From an uncultured Poribacteria bacterium (GTDB lineage Bacteria; Poribacteria; WGA-4E; WGA-3G), in NCBI GenBank assembly GCA_958296135.2, contig CATQHZ020000001.1:4096001-4160000 (forward strand): DNA of 64,000 nt, given 5' to 3'. The position numbers were made by a program, and so were the translations under genes. Shown here in pieces: positions 10,439-21,256 of this stretch (positions are counted from its first letter, which is position 1; each line of letters begins with the position of its first letter). The notes beneath the pieces were generated by a model. The model searched no databases, had not been told where the DNA came from, and saw only the letters and a list, made by a program, of their open reading frames with translations.

Positions 10439-10816
10439 CTACGTCTCTTGAGATATTTCGCCTTTTGTCCGCCGAATTTGAACGGCGAAATAGGCAATCG
10501 GATGTTCTACCGGTGGATGAAGTTTCTTGACGGTGAGCACCACTTCATCCACCGCGAACTGTGCCAGAATAGCCATCGCTATCGTCTCAGCGAGTGCCTC
10601 AACGAGTTGAAACGACTGACGCGTGCCGATATTGACGATGAGTGCCACCACCTCAGCATAGTCAATCGTTTCAGTAAGCGCGTCGGTTTGGCAGGCTGCC
10701 TCAAGCGAACAGCCTAACGTTGCGTTGATTTCATAATGCCCACCCACCTGCCGTTCCGCTTTGGGAACACCGTGGTGGCCGTGAAATCGGATGCCTTTGA
10801 GGATAATTTTGTCCAT
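10439..10816 (-). CDS. folB: Dihydroneopterin aldolase
   Basis: MDKIILKGIRFHGHHGV..ER..TIDY..LVEALAE..K..PP. Confidence 0.92.
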   Translation of the reverse strand: MDKIILKGIRFHGHHGVPKAERQVGGHYEINATLGCSLEAACQTDALTETIDYAEVVALIVNIGTRQSFQLVEALAETIAMAILAQFAVDEVVLTVKKLHPPVEHPIAYFAVQIRRTKGEISQET

Positions 10817-10880
10817 TGAAAACAAGAACCTTGGGCAGCGCAAGCGGCTATGTATTCACGACATCCGCCTTGAAGAAAGG

Positions 10881-11498
10881 CTACTCTTCAGCAATCTCAC
10901 CGACGGTATGGCCGGGCTCAACCAGGTCGCGAATCTGTTTTCCATTCTTGCCACCGGTGTAATCAATAGCACGGATTTTCCAGCTCTTGTCCTGTTTTCT
11001 CAGCGTGGAAATGAGATTGCCCTGCTGATTGCCCCACGCGTACTCGCCGCGCAAAACGGCATCCTTCCCGCGGCCATCAATAGCGATGAAGGTGATGTCC
11101 ACGTTCATCTTCCCGCCGCGCAGCCGGAAAATACCGTCCCACGCTTTCTGCACCGCATTCCAACCGTCATTTCTCTCAAAAGTGCCGGCCCAAAAGGTCC
11201 ACGCGGTAAAAACTTCGTCCTCCTGCTTCTCGCTTTTGAACCACGTGTCGCCTAGCGTGTCAACATCCTGGTCGCCGTGGGCGATGGCGTAGACTTCGTA
11301 AAGCGCGCGAATCGCATCCTCCTCAACAGCGAAGTCAATATTCCTTTCAATAGTCCCAGCCGGTTCCGAAGATTGCGACGGAGTTGCCGTTGGAGTTTGC
11401 GTTTGCGGTGCTTCCGTCTCCGCATCGTCGCCGCCACACGCCATCAGCCCAGCAGCAAGCAAGACGATCAGGAAATAACAAATCGCTTTCGGTTTCAT
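10881..11498 (-). CDS. Lipoprotein with NTF2/SnoaL-like domain
   Basis: Lipobox LMAC; EEDAIRALYE..WKIRAID pattern. Confidence 0.6.
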   Translation of the reverse strand: MKPKAICYFLIVLLAAGLMACGGDDAETEAPQTQTPTATPSQSSEPAGTIERNIDFAVEEDAIRALYEVYAIAHGDQDVDTLGDTWFKSEKQEDEVFTAWTFWAGTFERNDGWNAVQKAWDGIFRLRGGKMNVDITFIAIDGRGKDAVLRGEYAWGNQQGNLISTLRKQDKSWKIRAIDYTGGKNGKQIRDLVEPGHTVGEIAEE

Positions 11499-11602
11499 AC
11501 GTATCTCCTCCGTTCAAGGTAATAAACTAGCACTATTTTAGCAGGTAGCGCGATAAAAGTCAAGGGGAAATTTTAATGTCGCTCGTCTTAAAAACGATTT
11601 TG

Positions 11603-11611
11603 TGGTATAAT
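11603..11611 (+). promoter_or_regulatory. Extended -10 promoter upstream of the moaDE leader
   Basis: TGGTATAAT. Confidence 0.55.
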
Positions 11612-11620
11612 CATTGCAAA

Positions 11621-11760
11621 AGGCATCGCGACCGGATAAGGATTAAGAACATAATCGGGTAATTTTTGACCGGCGGGCGGCCAGAGACATCCGCGGCTCC
11701 ACCGCGGCCCGCTCCGGAACATTGCCCGATGAAATCCTGAAACTTCACGAAGTCGCGCCT
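11621..11760 (+). ncRNA. Candidate structured RNA (rod-like hairpin) upstream of moaD
   Basis: Nested complementary arms GCGAC/GTCGC, AGGATT/AATCCT, ATCGGGTAAT/ATTGCCCGAT, CCGG/CCGG, GCGGG/CCCGC, CCGCGG/CCGCGG. Confidence 0.5.
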
Positions 11761-11784
11761 ACCTACTTGCAAAGGAGTACCGGA

Positions 11785-12039
11785 ATGAACGTTACAGTCA
11801 AATACTTCGCTGTCTGCCACGAGATGCTAGACAGAACCGAGGAAGAGATGCACCTCCCCGAAGGTGCCACCGTCAAAACCATTTTGAAACGGCTTGAGGA
11901 AGAATGGCCGGAAATCGCCGAGTTTTACGAGGTGATGCAGATGTCTGTCAACTGGGAATATGCCACCGAGAATACGGAACTCGCCGATGGCGATGAAGTC
12001 GCGCTAATTCCACCAGTGACAGGAGGCACTGATGTTTAA
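11785..12039 (+). CDS. moaD: Molybdopterin synthase sulfur carrier subunit
   Basis: VKYFA..SVNWEY..LADGDEVALIPPVTGG; AAAGGAG RBS. Confidence 0.9.
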   Translation: MNVTVKYFAVCHEMLDRTEEEMHLPEGATVKTILKRLEEEWPEIAEFYEVMQMSVNWEYATENTELADGDEVALIPPVTGGTDV

Positions 12040-12478
12040 GATAACCACCGAAGTCATTACCGGAACGGAAGTTCGAGAAGCGGTAGAGGGCCCTGATGCC
12101 GGCGCAATCGTCGTGTTCCTCGGCACCGTGCGGAATAACACCGATGGCAGACCGGTGACTTGCCTCGAATACGAGGCTTATCCGCCGATGGCGGAGAAAA
12201 AAATGGCGGAAATCGCCCAAGAAATCGCGCAAAAATGGGGCGAATGCCTTCGCGTCGCCATGATTCACCGCACCGGAAAATTGGAAATCGGCGAGGTGAG
12301 CGTCGCTGTCGCTGTCGCTTCGCCGCACCGAAAAGACGGGTTCAAAGCATGCCAATACGCCATGAATCGCCTCAAGCAGATTGTGCCTATCTGGAAGCGC
12401 GAAGTGTGGGCCGATGGGGAAGCGGAATGGGTGAAGCCGGACGCGGTTTTCTTTGACGCACCCCAGCCGCGCGCCTAA
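12032..12478 (+). CDS. moaE: Molybdopterin synthase catalytic subunit
   Basis: GAIVVFLGTVR, LEYEAY, HRTG, SPHR, LKQIVPIWKRE. Confidence 0.95.
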   Translation: MFKITTEVITGTEVREAVEGPDAGAIVVFLGTVRNNTDGRPVTCLEYEAYPPMAEKKMAEIAQEIAQKWGECLRVAMIHRTGKLEIGEVSVAVAVASPHRKDGFKACQYAMNRLKQIVPIWKREVWADGEAEWVKPDAVFFDAPQPRA

Positions 12479-12590
12479 TCCCAGGGGAATGCGGAATAAC
12501 AGACCCGAGACAAATCAAATTAATTTGGTACCCGCAAAGAGCGCGCTTGCCAAGCGCGCCGCACGGGGTTTGTTGTGCTAACACGCACGC

Positions 12591-13343
12591 TTATGAGGTT
12601 TGTTCTGCGACGCAGCGTCTAATGTAAGGGACATCGTCTGCCCACAAACCTTCAATTTGTGCAGACAGTGCCCATTTGACATCCCGCGGCGTGAGGATAA
12701 ACCCGGCTTCCACGGCGATGCCTTTCGCTTTGAGTTGCGCCATCTTGCACCGAATGGAACCGGTGAAGGGTTTAAAGTGATTCACTTGCATCCACCCCAA
12801 GACGATGCGGTTTGCGTCAATCGCGGTTGCTGCCTTGAGGAAATCCGCCATTGGGTTGATGAGAATCGCGCTCGTCTGAAGTTTCGGTTCTAACTTTTTT
12901 GCCCGAACGAGCAGCTGCTTCCGAAAGTAGAAAGTGAGGATGCCCACCAGATCGACTACCTCAAAGCGTCGGATGCGTTCCACGATGATATTGAGCAGTT
13001 CGTCTGAATCGGATTTCGGTTCAATGAAGCACGGGAATTGGTGTTCGCGTGTCAACCGAAGCGCGTCGTCGAGGTGAGCAATCGGTTCGTCCGAATCCTC
13101 CACAGTCAACTGCTGCACCTCTTTCCAGCTGAGCGCGCTGAGCGGCGTTGTACCCCCGACGGCTTTCTGAATGCTGTCCTTGTTGAAATCGACGTGAATG
13201 AGGACCGGCTCCTTGTCTCTCGTGAGGCAGACATCGCATTCATAGCCATCCGCGCCATCGGCAAGGGCTTGTTTAAAGGCGGCGAGGGTGTTTTCGGGCG
13301 CGCGGCCCATTCCGCCGCGATGCGCTAGTAATTGCATCTTCAT
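12591..13343 (-). CDS. Glycerophosphodiester phosphodiesterase family protein
   Basis: AHRG..APENTLAAF..ECDVCLTRD..LIH. Confidence 0.88.
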   Translation of the reverse strand: MKMQLLAHRGGMGRAPENTLAAFKQALADGADGYECDVCLTRDKEPVLIHVDFNKDSIQKAVGGTTPLSALSWKEVQQLTVEDSDEPIAHLDDALRLTREHQFPCFIEPKSDSDELLNIIVERIRRFEVVDLVGILTFYFRKQLLVRAKKLEPKLQTSAILINPMADFLKAATAIDANRIVLGWMQVNHFKPFTGSIRCKMAQLKAKGIAVEAGFILTPRDVKWALSAQIEGLWADDVPYIRRCVAEQTS

Positions 13344-13404
13344 GGCTTGGTTGTCACACAACTCTGGCGCGCTTTGGAAGCGCGCCTACCGGATTAGGAC
13401 TGTG

Positions 13405-14130
13405 TCACGCCTTCTTGTGCCACATCCGCTCAAAATTATCCTGCGGGGTGAACCCTAAGACGCGCTTCGTCTTGAGGTTGGAGAACTGCTGATGCGGCAG
13501 ATCGGCGAAGATGTTGAAAATTTCGCAGCGCGAGGGCAATTCCGCCAAATCGATTTCCAATCCCAACCGAAACGCTTCGCCGGCATCACGCCAACTCACG
13601 GAAAACGGATTGAGATCGGTGCCTTCCGCCGCGTCGTCATCCTCTCGGAAACTGAGGAAGAGGTAGCAAAGCACGTAAATATCGTAATGTTCGGTGAAGA
13701 CTTTGCAGATTTCCTGTCCGAGCCCCTTCGTCAACGGGTAGAGCCCGGTGCTAGTGTGCGGCGGGACATCCGGGTTAATCTCGTAGTCGTAATGGGTATA
13801 GTCGTCGCCCTGAATTGTGAAGTGAGGGCCGGTGTTAATGACGCGGCGGATGCCGTGCTCAACGGCGGCGCGCATTGTGTTATAACATCCGCGCGTGCTG
13901 ACATCGAACGCTAGCTGCCGGTCAGCGCGGAGGACGGAGCAGTTCAGAATTGCGTCCATTCCCTCCGCGGCACGCATCACGTCGTCCAACGAACTAACAT
14001 CAATGTGCATCGATTCATGTGGTGTATCAATGTCGTTGATGTCCGTGACGCGCAGGGTGTAGTAAGGCTCTAACGCCTTGACGACGTGCGGTCCGAGGTA
14101 GCCGTTGCCGCCTAAAATAAGAACCTTCAT
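13405..14130 (-). CDS. NAD-dependent epimerase/dehydratase (uronate dehydrogenase-like)
   Basis: GGNGYLG Rossmann motif; YPLTK. Confidence 0.8.
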   Translation of the reverse strand: MKVLILGGNGYLGPHVVKALEPYYTLRVTDINDIDTPHESMHIDVSSLDDVMRAAEGMDAILNCSVLRADRQLAFDVSTRGCYNTMRAAVEHGIRRVINTGPHFTIQGDDYTHYDYEINPDVPPHTSTGLYPLTKGLGQEICKVFTEHYDIYVLCYLFLSFREDDDAAEGTDLNPFSVSWRDAGEAFRLGLEIDLAELPSRCEIFNIFADLPHQQFSNLKTKRVLGFTPQDNFERMWHKKA

Positions 14131-14246
14131 GATGAATTGCCTCCTATTGTCAGCATTGATGCAAATTCCTGTTCTCTAGTCAGCGCGCTGAGACTGGAAC
14201 CGTTGCTGTTTCAAACCGCGCCTACCGAGCCAAGTCTGCATTGATG

Positions 14247-14960
14247 CTATTGTGCTGGAACGAATTGCGGCTTGAACTTGAGATGTCCCTTCGCTTTGTC
14301 GCTCGAAAAACGGGAGCCGGGGAACTCGGATTGAATATGAAAGATGCCCCATTGCGATGGGGATGCCAGCGCGCCTTGGATAGCGGAGATGGCATCGTTC
14401 ATCTCAAGCCATAGGGAATCAAACCCAATAGACGCGTTCGCTGCGTTAACGAGATTGCCGAGTCGCAGGCAGGTGACGCTGAGTTTCCGTTCCCGCGCGA
14501 ATTCCCTGCAGGTGAATTCACCGAGGTGCTTGGAAAGCACAAAACCGTCCACGGATGGCCGGGGCCGCCAACTCTCCGTAACAGTCCAGTCTTCGCCGTG
14601 TTGCTCAAAGAGACGCAGGGTGCTGACGTAAATGACGTGCTTCACGCCTTCCGCCGCTGCCGCCATGAGGAGGTTGTAGGTGCAGCGCGTCTGATAGTCA
14701 ATAGCGTAGTTCTCCGGCTGCGCTGCTTTTGCCAAAAGTGCCGCGGGGATTTCGGCGATGTGGACGATGGCATCCATGCCGCGCACCAATTCGTTCGTGG
14801 ATGCGTCATGTCCCAATTCGCTTTCCACAAACTCCGAATCCGGTGGAAAGGCAGTTTCAACCGCATGCAACTCTGTTAAACGGAGCGTGTGTGATTCGGC
14901 GAGGGATGCTGCCAATCGGCGCGCCAATTCAGAACCTGCCGAGGTAATCAATATGTTCAT
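14247..14960 (-). CDS. NAD-dependent epimerase/dehydratase-like protein with degenerate motifs
   Basis: ILITSAGSELA, YVST, FVLSK, LRLG. Confidence 0.7.
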   Translation of the reverse strand: MNILITSAGSELARRLAASLAESHTLRLTELHAVETAFPPDSEFVESELGHDASTNELVRGMDAIVHIAEIPAALLAKAAQPENYAIDYQTRCTYNLLMAAAAEGVKHVIYVSTLRLFEQHGEDWTVTESWRPRPSVDGFVLSKHLGEFTCREFARERKLSVTCLRLGNLVNAANASIGFDSLWLEMNDAISAIQGALASPSQWGIFHIQSEFPGSRFSSDKAKGHLKFKPQFVPAQ

Positions 14961-14966
14961 GGCTTC

Positions 14967-15380
14967 TCAAGCCTCCTGGGCCGCTCGAATTTTCGCCGCG
15001 ACGTTACCGATCTCTTCCAAATCGCCTTCACTGGGCTGCCACGGGAGTCGCAGCGGGTCCGCGGCCCAGCGCGGGATAAGATGCAGATGGAAATGGAAAA
15101 TGGTCTGGAACGCTGCAGGCTCGTTTGACTGAAAGAGGTTCAGCCCGTCTGGGTTTAATGCCTTCCGCACCGCTGTAGCGAGTGGGATGGCAGCTTCCAT
15201 AATTTTTCCGCCGACTTCCGGCGGCATATCAAAAATGTTTCGGTAATGTTGCTTCGGGATGACGAGAGTATGTCCTGGGTTGGCGGGCGCGATGTCCATA
15301 AACGCCAAGACGTGCTCGTCTTCATAGACTTTGGTTGCGGGGATTTTCCCTGCAACAATCGCACAAAAGATACAATCCAT
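14967..15380 (-). CDS. HIT family hydrolase
   Basis: CIFC..GHTLVIPK..HFHLHLIPR. Confidence 0.92.
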   Translation of the reverse strand: MDCIFCAIVAGKIPATKVYEDEHVLAFMDIAPANPGHTLVIPKQHYRNIFDMPPEVGGKIMEAAIPLATAVRKALNPDGLNLFQSNEPAAFQTIFHFHLHLIPRWAADPLRLPWQPSEGDLEEIGNVAAKIRAAQEA

Positions 15381-15556
15381 CGGTTTATTTCCTTCTATAG
15401 TCATTTCTCAAATGTATTTTAGCAAATTTGGAAGAGAAAATCAATGTTAAAAAGATTTGCGTTTTTCATAGGATTTGTGATAAAATATATTACGCTTGTA
15501 GTTCGCCGATGGCACGCGCGTATGTCACAAAGCGGCGCGTTAACTCTACTGTAACT

Positions 15557-16895
<1,339 letters not shown>

Positions 16896-16993
16896 CCATT
16901 CCTTGAGTGCGGGAGACAGGCCCCGCGCTACGTTCCAGGAGCACATCAGGCTGTAGGGAAACCAGCTCGCCCGATACGGACCTGTTTCGGACA

Positions 16994-18712
16994 TCATTTC
17001 ACAATGAGCATCTTCCGCGTTGCCGCGAAATCCCCCGCCTGCAGCGTATAGAAATACACCCCGCTTGCAACCCGCTCGCCGACTTCATTCCTGCCATCCC
17101 AATACGCCGCACGGCTCCGACTGTCATAACTCCCTGCACGCTGATGTCCGAGGGCCAACGTCCGTACCACCGCACCGTTCGCCGCGTAAATTGTCACCGT
17201 CACCTCGGCAGGGGTTGCCAACTGATAGGGTATCCACGTTTCTGGGTTGAACGGATTCGGGTAATTGGACAAAAGTGCAGTTGCTTTCGGCGTAAGCGCG
17301 GCCAAAATATGTTGCAGGAAGCGGATGCCCCGCTGTGATGCTGGAGCTATCAGAGCCACCTGTTGAGCTTGCGTCACCCACCGCTGCACGTCTGCCGCGG
17401 CGAGTGTCTCAAGAGCACTTCCAGGGATGGCGGGCGCACCCGCGCTAGCCCCTATTGCACTTGCTACCAAAACAAGATCTGCGATATCAACAATACCGTC
17501 ATCGTTGACATCCGCATGCTCATCCTGCTGTCCAAATAGCGAGGCAATCATCACGAGATCTTGAATATTCACAACGCTATCCCTATTCACATCGCCCGCA
17601 ACTGCGGGTCCTGCAGGTCCCGAAGGTACTACCTCTCCATTCTTAATACGCGTGAACGTCCGGTGCCCTTCCGCATTAATCAGGATGATTGGCGAGATTT
17701 CCAATACAGATGCTTCCCGATGGAGAACAAGGAAAGTTAAGGCTGCAAGCGTGCCATCCCCGCTACTTGCTCCACCAAGGGATGTCGCTGCAATCGTCAC
17801 TTCATCGGTATTCCATTCAACGTTTTCAGCGATACTCGGCGGGACAATGAAAGCATCTGGCAGAAAATCGCCTGGCTCACTCCTCAGAAAGTGGAGGATA
17901 CGATAATTAAACCGTATTGTTGCTTCATAGCCGACAATCTCTCTCGCCTCTGCAATCTGCAAATTCAACGTCAAGGATTCGCCCACGTTGGGAAGTTCCA
18001 CTGGTGATGGCAACAGAGAAACTAACGCCGCCGTGTCTAGCTCCTCGCTTATCCCCTCAGCAGTTACATCTCCCTCAACACCAACATACACAGTCCAATG
18101 CCCATAGGTATTATTCACTTTTACGAGCAAGAGATTGTCACCTGCCACCAGATTAATCGGGAAGGTTTCTTGAAAATCGGTCGCTCCCCGAAATGCCGGA
18201 TTGTTATGAACAACGGTGCCATTGAGCCAGATCTTAACCATATCATCGCTGCCCACATGCATAAGAGCAGCCCGCGCGGTGTCAGATCGCAGCGTGATTA
18301 AGCCATAAAAAGCGTGGTTGTCTGTCAGCACGGCATAGGACGGATCGCCAGCCAAGTGCGCCCTCGTCACACCTGATTGTTTAACGAGTTTATTGATGTT
18401 ATTCCCCAAACTCCCCGTATGACTATCATCAACAAGGACGCCCGGCTGCCATGCATAGTTGCCGACAACATCGCCGGGTTCAGCCCCATTCACCGCCACA
18501 TCAGCTTCTGTCACGGCACCACCGCTCGCAACAGCGAGCGAATCAATGTTCGTTATCCGCTCAAACTCCTGACCTTCATGCCACATTTCATTAGTGGGAG
18601 CAATGATCCAGAGCCACGGCCCCGTAATTTTCTCTGGTGTTTGGGCGTGTGCCAGCGGTGTTAACGCTAACACGATGAACGCGAGCCCTATCAAAAACAG
18701 TTTCTTGGACAT
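16994..18712 (-). CDS. Secreted protein: beta-sandwich N-domain + cohesin-like + dockerin + FlgD-Ig/T9SS-like C-terminal domain
   Basis: Signal peptide; GSDDMVKIWLNG; GDGTLAALTF; GDVNRDSVVNIQDL/DVNDDGIVDIADL; NYPNPFNPETWIPY..WDGRN..SGVYFYTL..TRKMLIVK. Confidence 0.8.
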   Translation of the reverse strand: MSKKLFLIGLAFIVLALTPLAHAQTPEKITGPWLWIIAPTNEMWHEGQEFERITNIDSLAVASGGAVTEADVAVNGAEPGDVVGNYAWQPGVLVDDSHTGSLGNNINKLVKQSGVTRAHLAGDPSYAVLTDNHAFYGLITLRSDTARAALMHVGSDDMVKIWLNGTVVHNNPAFRGATDFQETFPINLVAGDNLLLVKVNNTYGHWTVYVGVEGDVTAEGISEELDTAALVSLLPSPVELPNVGESLTLNLQIAEAREIVGYEATIRFNYRILHFLRSEPGDFLPDAFIVPPSIAENVEWNTDEVTIAATSLGGASSGDGTLAALTFLVLHREASVLEISPIILINAEGHRTFTRIKNGEVVPSGPAGPAVAGDVNRDSVVNIQDLVMIASLFGQQDEHADVNDDGIVDIADLVLVASAIGASAGAPAIPGSALETLAAADVQRWVTQAQQVALIAPASQRGIRFLQHILAALTPKATALLSNYPNPFNPETWIPYQLATPAEVTVTIYAANGAVVRTLALGHQRAGSYDSRSRAAYWDGRNEVGERVASGVYFYTLQAGDFAATRKMLIVK

Positions 18713-18819
18713 AAAACTCTCCTTATGTTATCAAAGTTATTTCGTTTCTCCGATGCACCGCTTTTCGCAGGGCCCGACACTCGGCGAGGGACGGGCCCTC
18801 GCCCTACAGTCGTCATCAG

Positions 18820-20676
18820 CTACTTCCGGATGAGCATCTTCCGCGTTGCCGCGAAATCGCCCGTTGTGAGGGTATAAAAATAAACCCCGCTTGCGACAGG
18901 TTCGCCGACTGCATTTTTGCCATCCCAATACGCCGCACGGTGACGGCCTTCAAAGATACCCGCAGGCTGTTGCCCTAATGCCAATGTGCGGACCCACTTC
19001 CCATCAGCGGCGTGGATAGAGACAGTGACTTTCGCCGGGTTTGCCAACCGATACGGTATCCATGTTTCCGGATTGAACGGATTCGGGTAGTTGGCAAGCA
19101 GGACTGTCTCTGTCGGGGTTAACGCCGCCAAGAGTTGCTGCAGGTAGCGCATCCCGGGCTGATACTTGGCATCGGTAAGGGAGAATTGTTCCGCCTGCGT
19201 TAACCAATGCCGCACGTCCGCAGCGGAGAGTGTACCAACGGCACGTCCGGAGATGGCAGGCGCGCCTGCGCCACCGCCTATTGCACTTGCCACCAAAACA
19301 AGATCTGCGATATCAACGATACCATCACCGTTGACATCCGCATACTCATTCTGCCGCCCAAATAGCGAGGCTACAAGAACGAGATCTTGGATATTGACGA
19401 CACCATCACGATTTGCATCACCTGTGACTACCGAACGCACTACTTGCGCATCCTGAACGCGCGCAAAAGTCCGGTTCCCATCTGGATCAACCAAAATGAT
19501 TGGCCATAATCTTAAGATGGAGGTTTCCGTGCGGATAACCAAGAAGGTTAAGGTTGCAAGCGTCCCAGAACCTTTTCCCGGATTCACAAGGGATGTCCCC
19601 GCAACCGTAACACTGTCAATATCCGTGCCGGAATTTTCATTCAGCACCGGCGGCACCGTAAAGGCTCCTGTAGGCAGAAAATCCCCGGGCTCGCTGCTTA
19701 AAAAACGGAGGTTTCGAGAGTGATACGAAATGGTGGCTTGATAGCCCATAATCTCGCTCGCCTCGGCAACCTCCAAATTCACTGTCAGAGACTCGCCTAC
19801 GTCAGGCAGTTCCACCGGCGAAGGAGCCAGCGAAACCAATACCTTTGTTGCTGTCGTCAGCGGTGCAAGTTCATCAAAGAAACTCTGCTGATCCGTTGCC
19901 TCCTTCGGATAGATTGTGACAGCGTCGTGTGTCGCAGCGTCAAAGTGCAAGTTCATGTAACCATCACCACCCCATTCGCTACACCGAAAAACAAGAACAT
20001 TCGCACCCCTCCGTAACCGAATGGCCACGTTGAAGTTCACCTGGGTCGCGCTCCCCGTTACCCAGTGAGAGTTGTTATACCATTTTTCGCCGTTGAGCCA
20101 GATTTGCGCGTGGTCATCGTGCGCCGGTGACATCACCGCTGTCATCGCGCGCGGCGCATCAATCACGATAACACCGTAAGTCTCAATGTAATCTCTGGGA
20201 CCGCCTCTACCCATATTGTGCGCATCCGCCGAATCAATTTCAAAGACGCTCCACCCGCGCGTCCCGCCATGGTCGGCTCCCCATTCCACATCAGTTGTCT
20301 GTGTGAGAAACAAACCTTCAAGCGTTGAAAGGGAAGCATCGGTAATTGCGCCGTCTGTACCTTCGACCATGAGATCTTGGATGGCAGCGGCTCCTTCATA
20401 GCGAAGCCCTGGCAAGGTAGAGTCTGAGAACCCACCGTTGTTTTCGTAGTTGCCATCAGGTCCGTACCACTTGGTAATCCACGTTTCCACTCGTGAATGG
20501 TCTTCGCTCAATGGGGTACCTATTGGGTCTACTAAGAGCTTGTCTTCAGTTAGAGGACCGCCAGCAATATTTACAACAACTTGGGCTGGTTCCCCTATAA
20601 TCTGAGGCGTTTGCGAGTGCGCGCTTTGCATCAGCACACACCATGCAAGTGCCATTAAAAACAGTTTTTTGCACAC
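18820..20676 (-). CDS. Secreted protein: variable N-domain + cohesin-like + dockerin + FlgD-Ig/T9SS-like C-terminal domain
   Basis: Same C-terminal half as 16994..18712; GTG start after a GGAGA RBS. Confidence 0.8.
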   Translation of the reverse strand: MCKKLFLMALAWCVLMQSAHSQTPQIIGEPAQVVVNIAGGPLTEDKLLVDPIGTPLSEDHSRVETWITKWYGPDGNYENNGGFSDSTLPGLRYEGAAAIQDLMVEGTDGAITDASLSTLEGLFLTQTTDVEWGADHGGTRGWSVFEIDSADAHNMGRGGPRDYIETYGVIVIDAPRAMTAVMSPAHDDHAQIWLNGEKWYNNSHWVTGSATQVNFNVAIRLRRGANVLVFRCSEWGGDGYMNLHFDAATHDAVTIYPKEATDQQSFFDELAPLTTATKVLVSLAPSPVELPDVGESLTVNLEVAEASEIMGYQATISYHSRNLRFLSSEPGDFLPTGAFTVPPVLNENSGTDIDSVTVAGTSLVNPGKGSGTLATLTFLVIRTETSILRLWPIILVDPDGNRTFARVQDAQVVRSVVTGDANRDGVVNIQDLVLVASLFGRQNEYADVNGDGIVDIADLVLVASAIGGGAGAPAISGRAVGTLSAADVRHWLTQAEQFSLTDAKYQPGMRYLQQLLAALTPTETVLLANYPNPFNPETWIPYRLANPAKVTVSIHAADGKWVRTLALGQQPAGIFEGRHRAAYWDGKNAVGEPVASGVYFYTLTTGDFAATRKMLIRK

Positions 20677-21067
20677 GGAAAATCTCCTTTTTTCGTTTAA
20701 ATGCTAATCTTAACAGGGGAAAATCAAGTTCAAAATGCACTCCAATGCAACCCAAATAGCCCGCGACGCGAGCAGCGCGTGCGGGAATGAAGACAAAACG
20801 GCACCGAAGGATTTCAATGCTAGATTGTGCTGTAGGATGATTAACGAATATGAAGGGAGAGGTAAATCGTAACTGCTCGTCAACGCAAACGGAAACGTGT
20901 GACAGCGCGACGAAGGGGCCAGACGCACACAAGGCGTGCTGCGCCTCGCGGGGCCCGGGCAGGTCTACGGCGACCTGTTTGGAAATGGCATTGAAAATTC
21001 GCTGGTTCACTGGTGTCGTTCCTCGTCCGGTTACGTTTGCAGTCCTTCACGTTTTGAATTTGCATCA

Positions 21068-21096
21068 ATTATCGCGAAAAACGCAAAAAATGTCAA
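21068..21096 (-). promoter_or_regulatory. sigma70-type promoter implying a ~385-nt leader
   Basis: Minus strand TTGACA-17 bp-GATAAT. Confidence 0.6.
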
Positions 21097-21256
21097 GTTT
21101 TTGCATTTTTCGCGAATACGTTTAAACTGGTGCGAAAACATTGCCGACAATTTCAAAACTGATTCAATTTTAGCAAATTTTGCATTTTTGTCAAGTTTTT
21201 TCTGGAAAAACAGAACGATTCAGTTGTCTGTAAATCCGCGATTCAGACAGCAGAAA

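Noticed and set aside
11655-11680. FMN riboswitch-like GACCGGCGG
   Set aside because: Other FMN core motifs are absent and the downstream genes are unrelated to flavin.
15490-15556. preQ1 riboswitch upstream of tgt
   Set aside because: No recognisable preQ1 stem-loop with A-rich tail.
20850-21125. Cys-rich 91-aa ORF as a possible RiPP precursor
   Set aside because: No clear RBS or nearby modification enzymes; it overlaps a structured region and a promoter.
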